Shown: piece by piece, positions 36,746 to 47,153 of the stretch
How positions within the stretch are numbered: position 1 is the stretch's first letter
How the letters are laid out: each line of letters starts with the position of its first letter
Source: an uncultured Candidatus Saccharibacteria bacterium
GTDB lineage: Bacteria; Patescibacteriota; Minisyncoccia; Phycocordibacterales; UBA918
DNA length: 64,000 nt
Reading direction: 5' to 3'
Assembly: GCA_964552045.1 (NCBI GenBank)
Contig: CAZKFF010000001.1
Location: 120-64,119, forward strand
Program-made: the position numbers and the translations under genes
Notes under the pieces: generated by a model
What the model was told of the DNA's origin: nothing
The model's database searches: none
The model's input: the letters and a program-made list of their open reading frames with translations, nothing else

Positions 36746-37771
36746 GTGTTCCATTGCCGATTCGTACGCTCCGGTATCCGCAAGGCTATTGAGGCGCAGT
36801 CGCTTCAGTAGTGCCTCCTGCGCTGCAGGAATGTTCTCTTCCTTGCCCTGCCAGGTCTTCAAAACCGGCTCCTCAATGCCGCGTGAATACGAGAATGCAA
36901 ACTCCCATGGCAGATCATCTCGCTTGTTCTCCTGTTCTGCGATCGCGTCGAGGTTCGCTGTCGCACGTTCGGGAGTCTGGCCACCGGAGAGGAATACAAT
37001 GCCGCCGACATTCTCCGGCACAGCGTTCTTGAAGGTGCGCAACGTGGCTTCGGCCACTTCCGCAGGAGCAGTCTGGTCCGGATGTTCGCTTCCGGCGAGG
37101 ACCATGCTGCTTTTGAGGATAAGGCCCCTGCAATCGACTTTTTGTTCATCGAGGGCGTCGAACACGATCTGGAGTGTCTGTGTAGTGACCGCCTCGGCTC
37201 TGCGCAGATCGTGGCTTCCTGCATGCAGCACCTCAGGTTCGACCATGGGAACGATACCCGCTTCCTGACAGAGCGCGGCATACCGTGCGAGTGAAAACGC
37301 ATCAGCCCGGATATTCTCGATGGTGGGGGTCGATGCGCCGATAGTAATGACCGCCCTCCATTTAGCTGCGCGCGCACCCATATTGTAGTAATCAGCCAGG
37401 CGTTTGCTCAGATCATCGAGCCCTTGGGTCACCACTTCCCCGGGAAAATTGGTGTGCGGTACAGTGCCCTTATCCACCTTGATGATGGGGATGATGCCCT
37501 TCGCGATCAAAAGGTCGGCGAACACCACTCCGTCATCAGTATGATTGCGGATGGTGCCGTCATGCATGATGACACCGGTGACATACTGCTCAATGCCCAT
37601 AGTGGTGAACAGAAGCTGGCGGTACTTCCGCCGCATCTCCGCTTCTTCCGGAACGCCCACAGCCTTCAGCTGCCTGTTCATTGATGTGGGACTCTGGTCC
37701 GCTGCCAAGATACCCTTTCCTTTTGATACGAGAGCCTGCGCAGTATCGTACAGTTTTTGATGATCAGCCAT
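36740..37771 (-). CDS. fba: fructose-bisphosphate aldolase, class I
   Basis: KGKGILAADQSPTS and overall class I FBA collinearity. Start taken at MADHQKLYDTAQ. Confidence 0.8.
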   Translation of the reverse strand: MADHQKLYDTAQALVSKGKGILAADQSPTSMNRQLKAVGVPEEAEMRRKYRQLLFTTMGIEQYVTGVIMHDGTIRNHTDDGVVFADLLIAKGIIPIIKVDKGTVPHTNFPGEVVTQGLDDLSKRLADYYNMGARAAKWRAVITIGASTPTIENIRADAFSLARYAALCQEAGIVPMVEPEVLHAGSHDLRRAEAVTTQTLQIVFDALDEQKVDCRGLILKSSMVLAGSEHPDQTAPAEVAEATLRTFKNAVPENVGGIVFLSGGQTPERATANLDAIAEQENKRDDLPWEFAFSYSRGIEEPVLKTWQGKEENIPAAQEALLKRLRLNSLADTGAYESAMEHE

Positions 37772-37822
37772 ATCTCTAGTGTAACGCGTCCTGTTGTGGA
37801 AAAAGCGTCGTAATGTGAGCAA

Positions 37823-38593
37823 CTATGCCCTGATCTTCCACCCGATCTTGAAAAGATACACCACTAACGTACCCAATCCGAACAGAAGCGTGAGGATGAC
37901 CGCCAATCCGATCAGTGGATCGGCTTCGCTGACATCGATCATGCTCTTGCGTATGCCGTTTATGAAATAGAAGAATGGATTGAGGAGTGTAATGGTCCGT
38001 GCAAGTTCAGGGAGCATGGTAAGTGAATAGAAAATGCCGCCAAGATAGGTGAACGGCGTGATGATGAATGTATTGAGCATCTGCAGCTGTTCGAAGCCTT
38101 CTGCCCACAGCGCAACCAGCATGCCGAGCATCGCGAAGATCGCTGCAACTGCTGAGATGTAGAACACGAACTCCAGAGGGTCATTGAGTGTCACCGCGCC
38201 GAAGAGGAGTCCCACTACAATGATGAGAAATGCGACCATAAGCGCGCGGATGACTGCGGCGAACACGAATCCGAATATCATTTCTATGTATGAGAACGGT
38301 GCAATAAGGATCTCTTCAATACCGCGCGAAAAACGCATGAAGTAGAGCGCTGAGGAGGCACTCGCAAACGACGCGTTGATAATGGAAAGCATCAGAATGC
38401 CCGGAAAGACGAACGTGATATACGGTACGCCGTTTATCTCATCAATAGCCGATCCGATGACGCTGCCAAATATGAATATATAGAGCCCTGCAGATATCAC
38501 CGGAGCAGCAAGCGTCTGAATGACCACGCGGAAGGTGCGGGTTATTTCCCTGCGCACGAATGTTCCGAGACCGATCCAATTTATTCCGTTCAT
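37823..38593 (-). CDS. ABC-2 family transporter permease
   Basis: Six TM helices. Start taken at MNGINWIGLG, 1 nt after the stop of the upstream ATPase gene. Confidence 0.75.
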   Translation of the reverse strand: MNGINWIGLGTFVRREITRTFRVVIQTLAAPVISAGLYIFIFGSVIGSAIDEINGVPYITFVFPGILMLSIINASFASASSALYFMRFSRGIEEILIAPFSYIEMIFGFVFAAVIRALMVAFLIIVVGLLFGAVTLNDPLEFVFYISAVAAIFAMLGMLVALWAEGFEQLQMLNTFIITPFTYLGGIFYSLTMLPELARTITLLNPFFYFINGIRKSMIDVSEADPLIGLAVILTLLFGLGTLVVYLFKIGWKIRA

Positions 38594-38594
38594 A

Positions 38595-39335
38595 TTATTT
38601 CGCATTCGATGAACCAGTAATCTCCAAATACCGTTCTTCGAGGCTCTTCCCTCCCTCAAGGAACGATTCCTTCGTGCCCTCCGCGACGATTTTTCCATGG
38701 TTGATGATGCCGATGTACTCGCACAGATGCTGCACCTCCTCAAGATAATGCGACGTAAGGATGATCGTCTTGCCGCTTTCGTTCATCTCCTGCAGATAAC
38801 GCCATAGCTGGCGGCGCTGTTCGACATCGACCCCGGCAGTCGGCTCATCGAGAATAAGCAGATCAGGCGTATGCACCAGGGCCCGGCCGAGCATGACGCG
38901 GCGCTTGAGTCCGCCCGAGAGCTTCTGGAACTTCACATTGCGATGCTCCTCCAGATCGAACTGCGCGATCAGCTCATTGACCTTTGCGTCGCGCTGCGCT
39001 TTAGGCGTACCATAATAACCTGCCATGTAGTCCATCAGCTGCGCTGGGGTTGAGAAGATGTCAACATTGAACTCCTGCGGAGAGAGACCTACCTTTGTAC
39101 GAGCTTTTTTATATTCCTTCACTACATCGGTCCCATCAACGAGAATTGATCCGGAAGTCGGCTGGGCAATGCCGGTGATGCAGTGGATGGTCGTCGATTT
39201 CCCTGCACCATTCGGACCGAGCAGTCCGTAGAACGTTCCGCGTGGTATAGTCAGAGAAAGATCGTCAACGGCAACCTTATCGCCGTATCTCTTCGTCAGA
39301 TTTTTGATCTCGAGCATCGGTGTTGCGTTTTGCAT
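38595..39335 (-). CDS. ABC transporter ATP-binding protein
   Basis: Walker A GPNGAGKST, signature LSGGLKRR, Walker B LILDEPTAGVD. Confidence 0.9.
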   Translation of the reverse strand: MQNATPMLEIKNLTKRYGDKVAVDDLSLTIPRGTFYGLLGPNGAGKSTTIHCITGIAQPTSGSILVDGTDVVKEYKKARTKVGLSPQEFNVDIFSTPAQLMDYMAGYYGTPKAQRDAKVNELIAQFDLEEHRNVKFQKLSGGLKRRVMLGRALVHTPDLLILDEPTAGVDVEQRRQLWRYLQEMNESGKTIILTSHYLEEVQHLCEYIGIINHGKIVAEGTKESFLEGGKSLEERYLEITGSSNAK

Positions 39336-39349
39336 GGCGTAAGTTTACC

Positions 39350-40096
39350 ATGCGTTTTATGACGCAAGAAGAGCGGTGGCTTCTGGAGGCGTACGGCGGC
39401 AAAAAAACCTCCGGTTTTTTTGCCGCCTTCAAACGCCTGCAGCAGGGCGAACCGCTCGCGTATATCATCGGAAGCATTCCATTCCTCAATACAACCATTT
39501 ATCTTGATTCCCGGCCGCTTATTCCTCGCGCCGAAACAGAATATTGGGTATCGCTGGCAGTGGACGATATACGGCAATCCGGCATACAAGCGCCGAAAGT
39601 GCTCGACCTGTGCGCCGGCTCCGGCTGTATTGGTGTGGCTGTCGCTCATCACATTCCTCAGGCAATGGTGCACTTTGCTGAAATCGACCGGATACACCAC
39701 GACACGATCAGAAAGAATATCAGGAGCAATGGCATAGATGAGTCACATACGGACGTTATGGGCGGAAATCTGTTCGAAGCAGCACTCCCGCCGTACGATT
39801 ACATTCTTTCGAATCCTCCCTATATACCTGAGGGAAGCGAACGTGTCGCCCAAAGTGTCAGGGATCATGAGCCGAAGCTGGCTCTCTACGGCGGCAAAAA
39901 CGGGACAGATATCATTGCACGCATCCTCACACACACGCCGCATTATCTTGCCGCAACCGGCACCCTCTTTATCGAGCATGAACCCGAACAGTCTGCAGCG
40001 ATCGCCATACTTGCCCGTAAAAACGGTCTGGTCGCTGTTACACACAGCGACCAGTACGGCGTCTCTCGCTACAGCACAGTTGCTGTGGCACAATAG
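39350..40096 (+). CDS. prmC: release-factor glutamine N5-methyltransferase (PrmC/HemK family)
   Basis: GEPLAYIIG, RPLIPRAETE, VLDLCAGSGCIG and the catalytic NPPYI. Confidence 0.8.
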   Translation: MRFMTQEERWLLEAYGGKKTSGFFAAFKRLQQGEPLAYIIGSIPFLNTTIYLDSRPLIPRAETEYWVSLAVDDIRQSGIQAPKVLDLCAGSGCIGVAVAHHIPQAMVHFAEIDRIHHDTIRKNIRSNGIDESHTDVMGGNLFEAALPPYDYILSNPPYIPEGSERVAQSVRDHEPKLALYGGKNGTDIIARILTHTPHYLAATGTLFIEHEPEQSAAIAILARKNGLVAVTHSDQYGVSRYSTVAVAQ

Positions 40097-40107
40097 AAGG
40101 AACACGT

Positions 40108-40314
40108 ATGGCACTTGATGCATTTTTATCTACCGGACTGCAGGCGCTTTTCTATCTCATCACGCTCATCTTTGTTTTGTATTCGCTCTTCATCGCCTAC
40201 CACTGGTTCACCTACGGCAGCAGCAGAACAACCGCGACAATTTCTTTGGCCATCTACCTCCTGGTGAGCGCGCCGCTTTTCCTGACTATGGCGTTCAGTC
40301 TGAGTGTCCTGTAA
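40108..40314 (+). CDS. small two-TM membrane protein
   Basis: 68 aa and hydrophobic. Immediately upstream of the PH-domain membrane protein. Confidence 0.45.
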   Translation: MALDAFLSTGLQALFYLITLIFVLYSLFIAYHWFTYGSSRTTATISLAIYLLVSAPLFLTMAFSLSVL

Positions 40315-40318
40315 AAAT

Positions 40319-40858
40319 ATGATATTTGAAAAAATCCAGCTGGAAGAAGACGAAGCGGTCATTGCGCTCATCAGGCGTCATTGGTTCTATGTATTCAAGC
40401 AGGTCATGGTTATCTTTGTACTTATGCTCATGCCCGTTTTCGTCCCGCTGCTTTTGCATTCCTATCCCGCTGTCTCCGCTCTGCTCGCGTCCTATACGCC
40501 GCATCTGTTTTTCCTCTACGCATTCTGGCTTTTGCTGCTTTGGATGATGCTCGCCATGATCTGGACCGACTATTATCTGGACATATGGACCATCACGAAT
40601 CGGCGCATCATCAAGGTCGACCAGATCGCACTTTTCAGACGTCAGACGGCGAGCTTCCGTCTGGAGCGGTTGCAGGATATACATGTCGAAATAAACGGCA
40701 TCATCGCCACGCTTCTTGATTATGGGACCATACACGCAGAGACAGCGAGCGGACATGATGACGATTTCACCGCAGTGTATATGCCGAAGCCGCAGGAGAT
40801 AAAAGCGCTCATACTCAAAGCGTCCGATGCACTCATAGAAAAAACGCCGGCCGTTTAA
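40319..40858 (+). CDS. bacterial PH-domain (bPH_2/YdbS-like) membrane protein
   Basis: Two TM helices, then WTITNRRIIKVDQIALFRRQTASFRLERLQDIHVEINGIIATLLDYGTIHAETAS, matching the bPH_2 pattern. Confidence 0.6.
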   Translation: MIFEKIQLEEDEAVIALIRRHWFYVFKQVMVIFVLMLMPVFVPLLLHSYPAVSALLASYTPHLFFLYAFWLLLLWMMLAMIWTDYYLDIWTITNRRIIKVDQIALFRRQTASFRLERLQDIHVEINGIIATLLDYGTIHAETASGHDDDFTAVYMPKPQEIKALILKASDALIEKTPAV

Positions 40859-42327
40859 AAGGAGAACCTTCGCACTTTCCAGTAGAGGTCTTCTTCCAGA
40901 ACCTCTCCGAGATACATCTTCCCGTCTGGCAGGAACAATTTACTCTCAGTCATACTTCCTGCACTCACAATGGGAACATCATTCCAGACAGCACTCACCT
41001 TCAGCATCGCATCAAGCTGGTACTCAAGCGAAAAGGGGTCTGTGAACCACGAATGAGAGATCGGATGGGCGATGAAATCAGGATATCGATAGTGTTGCGC
41101 CATGCGCACGCCGTACGGCACCATGGTCTCGAAGCAGAACAATATACCCGGCAGATGCTGCGGATATGAAGCCTCATCATGTACTGTTCCGGGCTCAAAA
41201 CGGGTGAAATCCTCCACGTGTGCCATCTCTTCGTCGCTTAAGAAGAACGAGAGCAGGAACCGGTACATATATGACAGATATTCACCCTGCGGGACCAGAT
41301 AGCGCTTGTCGAAAAAATAAGCCGCATTATCCCGGAGATCGTACATATGTGCACGAAGAACATCCACGCCGCGGTCATCAACCGCCGGGCCGCTGTCGAC
41401 GATGACGGTATCTGTCTTCTGCGTCTGCGCGTGCGCCCACAAAAGCAGTGCCTCTGTATCAGTGAATGCGCTTTCGAGCTGTGCGTCTTCCGACAAAATG
41501 ATCGTATCGGGTCCGTTGCGGAGTGCGCTCCCGACCGCCTTCTTCAATTCCTCATGCTTGACCTGTGCCGCACCTTCCTGCGATTCAAACCGATGGCTGA
41601 AATAGGTCTCAATCGCGATCACTTCCCTTCCAAGGGTTGCGTGTTCATGAACAGTGACAACAGGAAGGAGCATAGACGCGGCAACTGCAACCGTCGTAAT
41701 CACGACGGTTGCAGCCTGCGTGCGTCTGCTGTGTACACACAAGATGAACGTGCACGTACCGATGAGTGCAGCAATATATGAAAGACCATATACCCCCGCA
41801 ATTGCAGCAAGCTGCAGCATGTGTGGCTCCTCTGCGAGCAGATAACCCAGATAGCCATAGCTGAATCCCATGTTCAAAAAACTTCCCGGGCCGAATGCAT
41901 ACACAGAAAACAGGAATGATCTGAATATCTCAGTTGCCACCCACAACAGCGGGACAAACAACAGCGTTCTCGGAACGTTCAACATGCACGCCCGGGTAAT
42001 GACTGCGAATACTCCCCCACTTATGCCCATGGCGCTTGAGGTGAGCACCCAATAGACACCGATGGCTGCAAGCTGGATAACAACCGGAGCCTCTGCCAAC
42101 CACTGTATGGGAAAGGTGCTCCATACCCAAAAGAATGATCCGCCGTAATGCAACGTCCCAGCAAGCGTCCCGTAGAGGAACAGCCGCATAGGCGACCGCT
42201 CAAGGCGCACGCCATATAAGAAAAAGAAAAGACCAGGTATGAAACACCAGAAGCAGGCAGAGTAGACGAACGAGACCGCAAAAAACAGGCCGCTTAAGGT
42301 GAAGGCAGGTAATGGACGTATCCGCAT
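40855..42327 (-). CDS. lnt: apolipoprotein N-acyltransferase-like protein (polytopic N-terminus plus C-terminal CN-hydrolase domain)
   Basis: Six to seven N-terminal TM helices. The C-terminal nitrilase-type domain has a Cys in ILFCFETMVPY, where Lnt has ICYEIIFP. Start taken at MRIRPLPAFTL. Confidence 0.6.
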   Translation of the reverse strand: MRIRPLPAFTLSGLFFAVSFVYSACFWCFIPGLFFFLYGVRLERSPMRLFLYGTLAGTLHYGGSFFWVWSTFPIQWLAEAPVVIQLAAIGVYWVLTSSAMGISGGVFAVITRACMLNVPRTLLFVPLLWVATEIFRSFLFSVYAFGPGSFLNMGFSYGYLGYLLAEEPHMLQLAAIAGVYGLSYIAALIGTCTFILCVHSRRTQAATVVITTVAVAASMLLPVVTVHEHATLGREVIAIETYFSHRFESQEGAAQVKHEELKKAVGSALRNGPDTIILSEDAQLESAFTDTEALLLWAHAQTQKTDTVIVDSGPAVDDRGVDVLRAHMYDLRDNAAYFFDKRYLVPQGEYLSYMYRFLLSFFLSDEEMAHVEDFTRFEPGTVHDEASYPQHLPGILFCFETMVPYGVRMAQHYRYPDFIAHPISHSWFTDPFSLEYQLDAMLKVSAVWNDVPIVSAGSMTESKLFLPDGKMYLGEVLEEDLYWKVRRFSF

Positions 42328-42384
42328 GGGTCCATTATACGGCACGCGTCGTATCAAAGAGGTGCGGCGCTGCATACAGCAAAA

Positions 42385-42427
42385 AGGCGGTGCACAGCAT
42401 TTCCTTAAAGGAAATGCTGTGCACCGC
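42385..42427 (-). terminator. rho-independent terminator with a 19-bp perfect stem (ggcggtgcacagcatttcc-ttaaa-ggaaatgctgtgcaccgcc)
   Basis: On the minus strand the hairpin is followed by ttttt. Lies just downstream of the gene ending at 42439. Confidence 0.75.
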
Positions 42428-42438
42428 CGCTCGCGCAC

Positions 42439-42969
42439 CTAGCCGCCCGCTTTGAACGCGGGACCGGTCATGTCTTCGAAGTAGAAGAACCGGAGTGTGT
42501 CGTCGCCCACAGACCGCAGCGCGATGCCCGCAGGGGCCATGTCAACCGCGCGGATAAGGAGATGCGCCGGCCGGTGATCCAGATCCTTCCTGCTCGGAGG
42601 AAGGGTGAATGTGGTTTCCGTGTTGCCGGCGATCTCGTCAGCGACAGGAATGAAGCTCGACACGATGTAGTTGAGGTCCGAGACGAACCAGTCGAACTGT
42701 TCCTGAGAATCGAAGACCTGCGCCACCTCCACGGCAGCTCCGTCGTCGAAGGTGAAGTAGAGACCCTTACAGACCCAGAGCTTGAAGTCGCCCTGCGTTG
42801 TTTCGGTCACACTCCCGTCTTCAGCGTAGCTGAGCGTGCCATATTCACCGTCAAACCGTGCATTGCAGCCGGAAGCTTCGTGAGTGGCCTCCTGCGCCGC
42901 AGCGTACGAAACGACGGCGGGAGCGAAGAATACCGCAAGGCATGCAGCCGTGCGAAGAAGTGTATGCAT
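42439..42969 (-). CDS. secreted hypothetical protein
   Basis: Start taken at MHTLLRTAACLAVFFAPAVVSYAAA (signal peptide). The track ORF is over-extended. Confidence 0.5.
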   Translation of the reverse strand: MHTLLRTAACLAVFFAPAVVSYAAAQEATHEASGCNARFDGEYGTLSYAEDGSVTETTQGDFKLWVCKGLYFTFDDGAAVEVAQVFDSQEQFDWFVSDLNYIVSSFIPVADEIAGNTETTFTLPPSRKDLDHRPAHLLIRAVDMAPAGIALRSVGDDTLRFFYFEDMTGPAFKAGG

Positions 42970-43145
42970 GTCCGCCTCCATGGCGTTTTGTAAATAACTG
43001 GATAGACCTGACTGAACTGTAAATTGTAAATCAGTGTTTGTCAATACCTCTCTATGAAGCCCGTATGAAGCAAAAAGAGCGATGCGCTGAGCTTTCGAAA
43101 GAAAGCATGTGCGCATCGCCCTTGCCTACAATGTGCTCGCATACT

Positions 43146-43397
43146 TCACCACACAGTGAAGTCGGGAGCGACGCAGAGATCCTCGTTCTCCGGAGTTTCC
43201 TCCAGAGTGAAGACGTACTCGTCTTCGCCGACCTTCTTCAGGCCGGCGTCGGCGCAGTACACCTGCTCGCCCTCCGCGATCTGCAGCACGATGGGCTCAT
43301 CGACGAAGAGGTCGTCGATGACGATCTCATCAGCAATGGCCGCCGGTGCAATGCTGAGCATCAGAACCGCAAGTGCGGCAACAGTGACTTTGGACAT
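43146..43397 (-). CDS. small secreted acidic protein
   Basis: Signal peptide MSKVTVAALAVLMLSIAPAAIA. 83 aa. Confidence 0.45.
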   Translation of the reverse strand: MSKVTVAALAVLMLSIAPAAIADEIVIDDLFVDEPIVLQIAEGEQVYCADAGLKKVGEDEYVFTLEETPENEDLCVAPDFTVW

Positions 43398-43604
43398 CTG
43401 TCCCTCCTGTAAAGTTCTCGATCAGCTATTGATCTTGAAGACTACTATATACTATTTAGAACATTTTGTCAAGTAATCAGCAAGAGCCCGTATATAACAC
43501 GAAACGCGGCTCCGAGGCAAAGAACACCCAACTGAGCCGTTTTCTGAGCCGCATAGTACCTGTCAGTATTTGCAGAAACGCACAGCCTCCCCTACAATCT
43601 TCAT

Positions 43605-44837
43605 ATGAGCAAAGAAAAACTCCCCACGGAGCCCTACAAGGGTGTCCGTGACTTTTACCCTGAAGATATGGCTGTACTGCAGTACATTTTTTCTGTATGG
43701 TCGCACACAGCAGAATCGTTCGGTTATGAGCGGTATGACGCTTCGATCCTCGAACCCGCTGAGCTCTACCGCAGCAAGACAAGCGATGAAATAGTCAATG
43801 AGCAGACATATACCTTTATCGATCGCGGTGGCCGTGAAGTTACGCTCAGACCTGAAATGACTCCAACAGTCGCGCGCATGATCGCTCAACGCCGCCGGGA
43901 TCTTTCCTTTCCGGTACGATGGTATTCGATCCCGAACCTGTTCCGTTATGAGCGCCCACAGCGCGGTCGGTTGCGCGAACACTACCAGCTCAACTGCGAC
44001 ATGTTCGGTGCAGACGATTACACGGCAGACGTCGAACTGATCGCGCTCGCTTCGCAGATGCTCTTGAATTTCGGCGCAGAGCCCGACATGTTTGAAATAC
44101 GTCTCAATGACCGTAGCTGGCTTGATGCGATATTCAGCGATTACGGATTCACTGTGGAAGAGAAACAGCGGATGCTCGCACTCCTTGACCGCAAAGAAAA
44201 GATCGACAACTTCGACGAAGAAGCGCAAAAGATCGCCGGCAGACCCTTCGTACTGCCTGAGCAAATTGCGGAGGACAGCAATCTTGCTCGGGTGCGCGCA
44301 GGACTGCGTGAACTCGGCATAGAAAATGTCAGGATCTCACCTTCGACCGTACGCGGATTTACATACTATACGGGTACTATCTTTGAGATCTTCGATGTAT
44401 CCGGAGAGAATAAGCGATCACTTCTTGGCGGCGGACGCTACGATGATCTCACGGGACTGTTCAGCTCCGAGCCGATCTGCGGCATCGGTTTTGGAATGGG
44501 CGACGTCACCATGCGGGATTTTCTGGAGACGCACAACCTGCTGACCTCGCACATCACTGCTCCGCTGTTGGCTATCATCCCGACCGACGCTCGGCTCAAT
44601 CTGGAAGGTCAGCGCCTCGCCCAGGAATTCCGCTCAGCAGGCATCTCTGCATCTGTTGATATTTCAGGCAAGAAGATCGGCAAGAAAATAAGTGATGCTG
44701 CGGAAGCATTTGTCACGTATGCGCTCGTGCTCGGTGATGATGAGATGCAGTCGCACATCTTTACGGTGAAAAACCTCGGGGAGAAAACTGAATTCTCTGG
44801 TACACTTGCAGAACTTATTGCTAATATTGCTGCATGA
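43605..44837 (+). CDS. hisS: histidine--tRNA ligase
   Basis: Class II motifs; GVRDFYPEDM, TLRPEMTPTVARM, GGGRYDDL and GFGMG are all HisRS-typical. Confidence 0.9.
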   Translation: MSKEKLPTEPYKGVRDFYPEDMAVLQYIFSVWSHTAESFGYERYDASILEPAELYRSKTSDEIVNEQTYTFIDRGGREVTLRPEMTPTVARMIAQRRRDLSFPVRWYSIPNLFRYERPQRGRLREHYQLNCDMFGADDYTADVELIALASQMLLNFGAEPDMFEIRLNDRSWLDAIFSDYGFTVEEKQRMLALLDRKEKIDNFDEEAQKIAGRPFVLPEQIAEDSNLARVRAGLRELGIENVRISPSTVRGFTYYTGTIFEIFDVSGENKRSLLGGGRYDDLTGLFSSEPICGIGFGMGDVTMRDFLETHNLLTSHITAPLLAIIPTDARLNLEGQRLAQEFRSAGISASVDISGKKIGKKISDAAEAFVTYALVLGDDEMQSHIFTVKNLGEKTEFSGTLAELIANIAA

Positions 44838-45412
44838 TGCGCTACGTAGTCTTTGATCTTGAAACACAGAATATATTCCAGGACGTCGGCTCAACCGATG
44901 TGACTTCGCTTGATATCTCAGTAGCGAGCATGTACGACTCTGTTGAGGATACATACACGACCGTAAGCGTAGACGAACTTCACACGCTGTGGCCGATCAT
45001 AGAAAAGGCGGATGCGCTTGTGGGATACAACAGCAATCATTTCGATATTCCGTTGCTCAATAAATATTATCCGGGCGATCTGACCCACATCAAAAGCATT
45101 GATATTCTCGAATCAATACGTGAGTCCCTTGGCCGACGGTTGCGACTTGATTCTGTTGCGCAGGCGACCATAGGTGCGAAGAAGAGCGCAGACGGGCTCC
45201 AGGCTGTGCGCTGGTGGCGCGAAGGTAAGATTAATGAGATCAAAAAATACTGTGAACAGGATGTTCGTGTCACCAAAAAGGTCTTCGATTATGCCTTAGC
45301 CCACGGCCATGTGCTCTTCAAGGACGGGTACCGCAAACGAGAGATACCTTTGGATACCTCTTCATGGAGCGTCAAGGAAGATGCGACGCTTACGCACTCC
45401 CTCCCCTTTTGA
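44834..45412 (+). CDS. DEDDh-family 3'-5' exonuclease
   Basis: Exo I VFDLETQ, Exo II YNSNHFDIPLL, Exo III YCEQDVRVT. Overlaps hisS by 4 nt. Confidence 0.7.
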   Translation: MMRYVVFDLETQNIFQDVGSTDVTSLDISVASMYDSVEDTYTTVSVDELHTLWPIIEKADALVGYNSNHFDIPLLNKYYPGDLTHIKSIDILESIRESLGRRLRLDSVAQATIGAKKSADGLQAVRWWREGKINEIKKYCEQDVRVTKKVFDYALAHGHVLFKDGYRKREIPLDTSSWSVKEDATLTHSLPF

Positions 45413-46222
45413 TCAACCGAAGAAGAAGACGAACACTACGAATCCTGCGAGAATGATACGATACCAGATGAATGGCCAGAGCGTGTGCGTGCGGACGAAG
45501 CCGAGCAGAAAATGAATTGCAAGAAGCCCGGTAATGAATGCAGTGACTGAACCGATGAAGACCGGACCCCACGCAATGGGAGCATCAGAAACGATCAACT
45601 CGAGCAGTTTTTTCAGACCTGCACCGGTGATTACCGGCAATGCCAGCAAGAACGCGAAGCGCGCAGCTTCTGGGCGTGACAACCCCATGAGCATACCGCC
45701 CGCTATGGTTGCACCTGAACGGGACATTCCGGGAATGAGCGCGAGCACCTGAAACAGTCCGATCTTGAAGCCCGAGAGTACGGTTACCTCGTTGGTGCGG
45801 ACGGTGGTCTGGTATTTATATTCCGCATAGATGAAGAACAGTGAACCGGCGACCAAAACGCCTGCAACAAGAAGCGGCGAACGGAAGGTGGATTCCATGA
45901 CCGATTCAAGCAACAGTCCGAAGATCACTGCGGGAATGGTTGCTATCATAAGCGCGTACAGCAGTGTCTCTTCTTTCTTATTCACCGGCAGTCTCCCCAA
46001 TTTTCGTAGCCCTGTCTGCGTCAAAAGCCAGATGTCGGGAAAGAAATACACGAATACAGCAGCAACAGTTGCAAGCTGCAGGACTGCATCCACTGCAAGC
46101 CCCTGCGCGTCATTGAGACCAAAAACCGTACGGGCGAGAATCAGGTGTCCTGTTGATGAAACGGGCAAAAATTCGGTCAGACCTTGGACGATACCCAGGA
46201 AGAGTGCCTCTATCGTTGTCAT
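45413..46222 (-). CDS. uppP: undecaprenyl-diphosphate phosphatase
   Basis: LGIVQGLTEFLPVSSTGHL N-terminal signature and eight TM helices. Confidence 0.85.
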   Translation of the reverse strand: MTTIEALFLGIVQGLTEFLPVSSTGHLILARTVFGLNDAQGLAVDAVLQLATVAAVFVYFFPDIWLLTQTGLRKLGRLPVNKKEETLLYALMIATIPAVIFGLLLESVMESTFRSPLLVAGVLVAGSLFFIYAEYKYQTTVRTNEVTVLSGFKIGLFQVLALIPGMSRSGATIAGGMLMGLSRPEAARFAFLLALPVITGAGLKKLLELIVSDAPIAWGPVFIGSVTAFITGLLAIHFLLGFVRTHTLWPFIWYRIILAGFVVFVFFFG

Positions 46223-46318
46223 ACCTGTATTGTAGCCTTATATAGAGGCATTTTCCAAGGAGCATCCTGTACAATTGTGGTATACTGCAGGCATATACAC
46301 TAAACACATCAACATATT

Positions 46319-47110
46319 ATGGATGAACGCACTCCACAGGAAGCTGTAGAACCACAGACCCCTCCGATTGCCGCAGCAAAACCGACGCGCAATTCTCTTG
46401 CCATTCCCGTCTCGATCGTGTTCGGATTTGCCCTGGTAGCAGCAGCTGTATTCTTCAATGGCAACGCGCTTCCTTTTGTTTCACCCGCAGACAATGACGG
46501 CACGCTTTTGGATACTGAGGAGCCGACAACAGGTGAGATACGCGCCGTTGATGAGACAGATCATGTGCGCGGCAATCCCAATGCACCCATTGTCATGGTT
46601 GAATACTCAGACTATGAATGCCCGTTCTGCAAGAACTTCCATGAAACCATGCGTCAGATCATGAACGCGTACGGTACGGACGGAAAGGTGGCATGGGTGT
46701 ACCGTCACTTCCCGCTCGAACAGCTTCACCCGAGCGCGCCGTATATCGCGCAAGCGTCTGAATGTGTAGCTGAGCTCGGCGGCAACGATGCGTTCTGGAA
46801 ATTCACCGATCTGGTGTTTGGCGAACGGGCAGCTAATGAACCGACCAATACCGCACGTCTGACCGAATTTGCAACAACCGCCGGGGTGAGCGGCACAGCC
46901 TTCGACGCCTGCGTTGCCGAGGGTCGCACCAAAGCGCGGGTAGAGGCTGACTTCGCCGATGCGGTTAAAGCCGGCGGCAAAGGTACGCCGTATACGCTTG
47001 TGCTCGTCGGCGGACAGCAGGGCGTTATAAGCGGCGCACAGCCGTATGCGACAGTAAGCAAAATCCTTGATACGCTCATCGAACAGATCGAAGGCGGGAC
47101 TCAGGAATAA
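46319..47110 (+). CDS. DsbA-like thioredoxin-fold thiol-disulfide oxidoreductase (membrane-anchored)
   Basis: TM anchor followed by a CPFC active site in a thioredoxin-like context (YSDYECPFCKNFH). Confidence 0.75.
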   Translation: MDERTPQEAVEPQTPPIAAAKPTRNSLAIPVSIVFGFALVAAAVFFNGNALPFVSPADNDGTLLDTEEPTTGEIRAVDETDHVRGNPNAPIVMVEYSDYECPFCKNFHETMRQIMNAYGTDGKVAWVYRHFPLEQLHPSAPYIAQASECVAELGGNDAFWKFTDLVFGERAANEPTNTARLTEFATTAGVSGTAFDACVAEGRTKARVEADFADAVKAGGKGTPYTLVLVGGQQGVISGAQPYATVSKILDTLIEQIEGGTQE

Positions 47111-47118
47111 TGCCGAAT

Positions 47119-47153
47119 GACAAAGCCCGGCGCCAAAGGCGCCGGGCTTTGTC
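47119..47153. terminator. bidirectional terminator, 16-bp perfect stem (gacaaagcccggcgcc-aaa-ggcgccgggctttgtc)
   Basis: Lies between the convergent genes ending at 47110 and 47152. Confidence 0.7.

Noticed and set aside
43605-43700. T-box riboswitch upstream of hisS
   Set aside because: Conserved T-box sequence not found.
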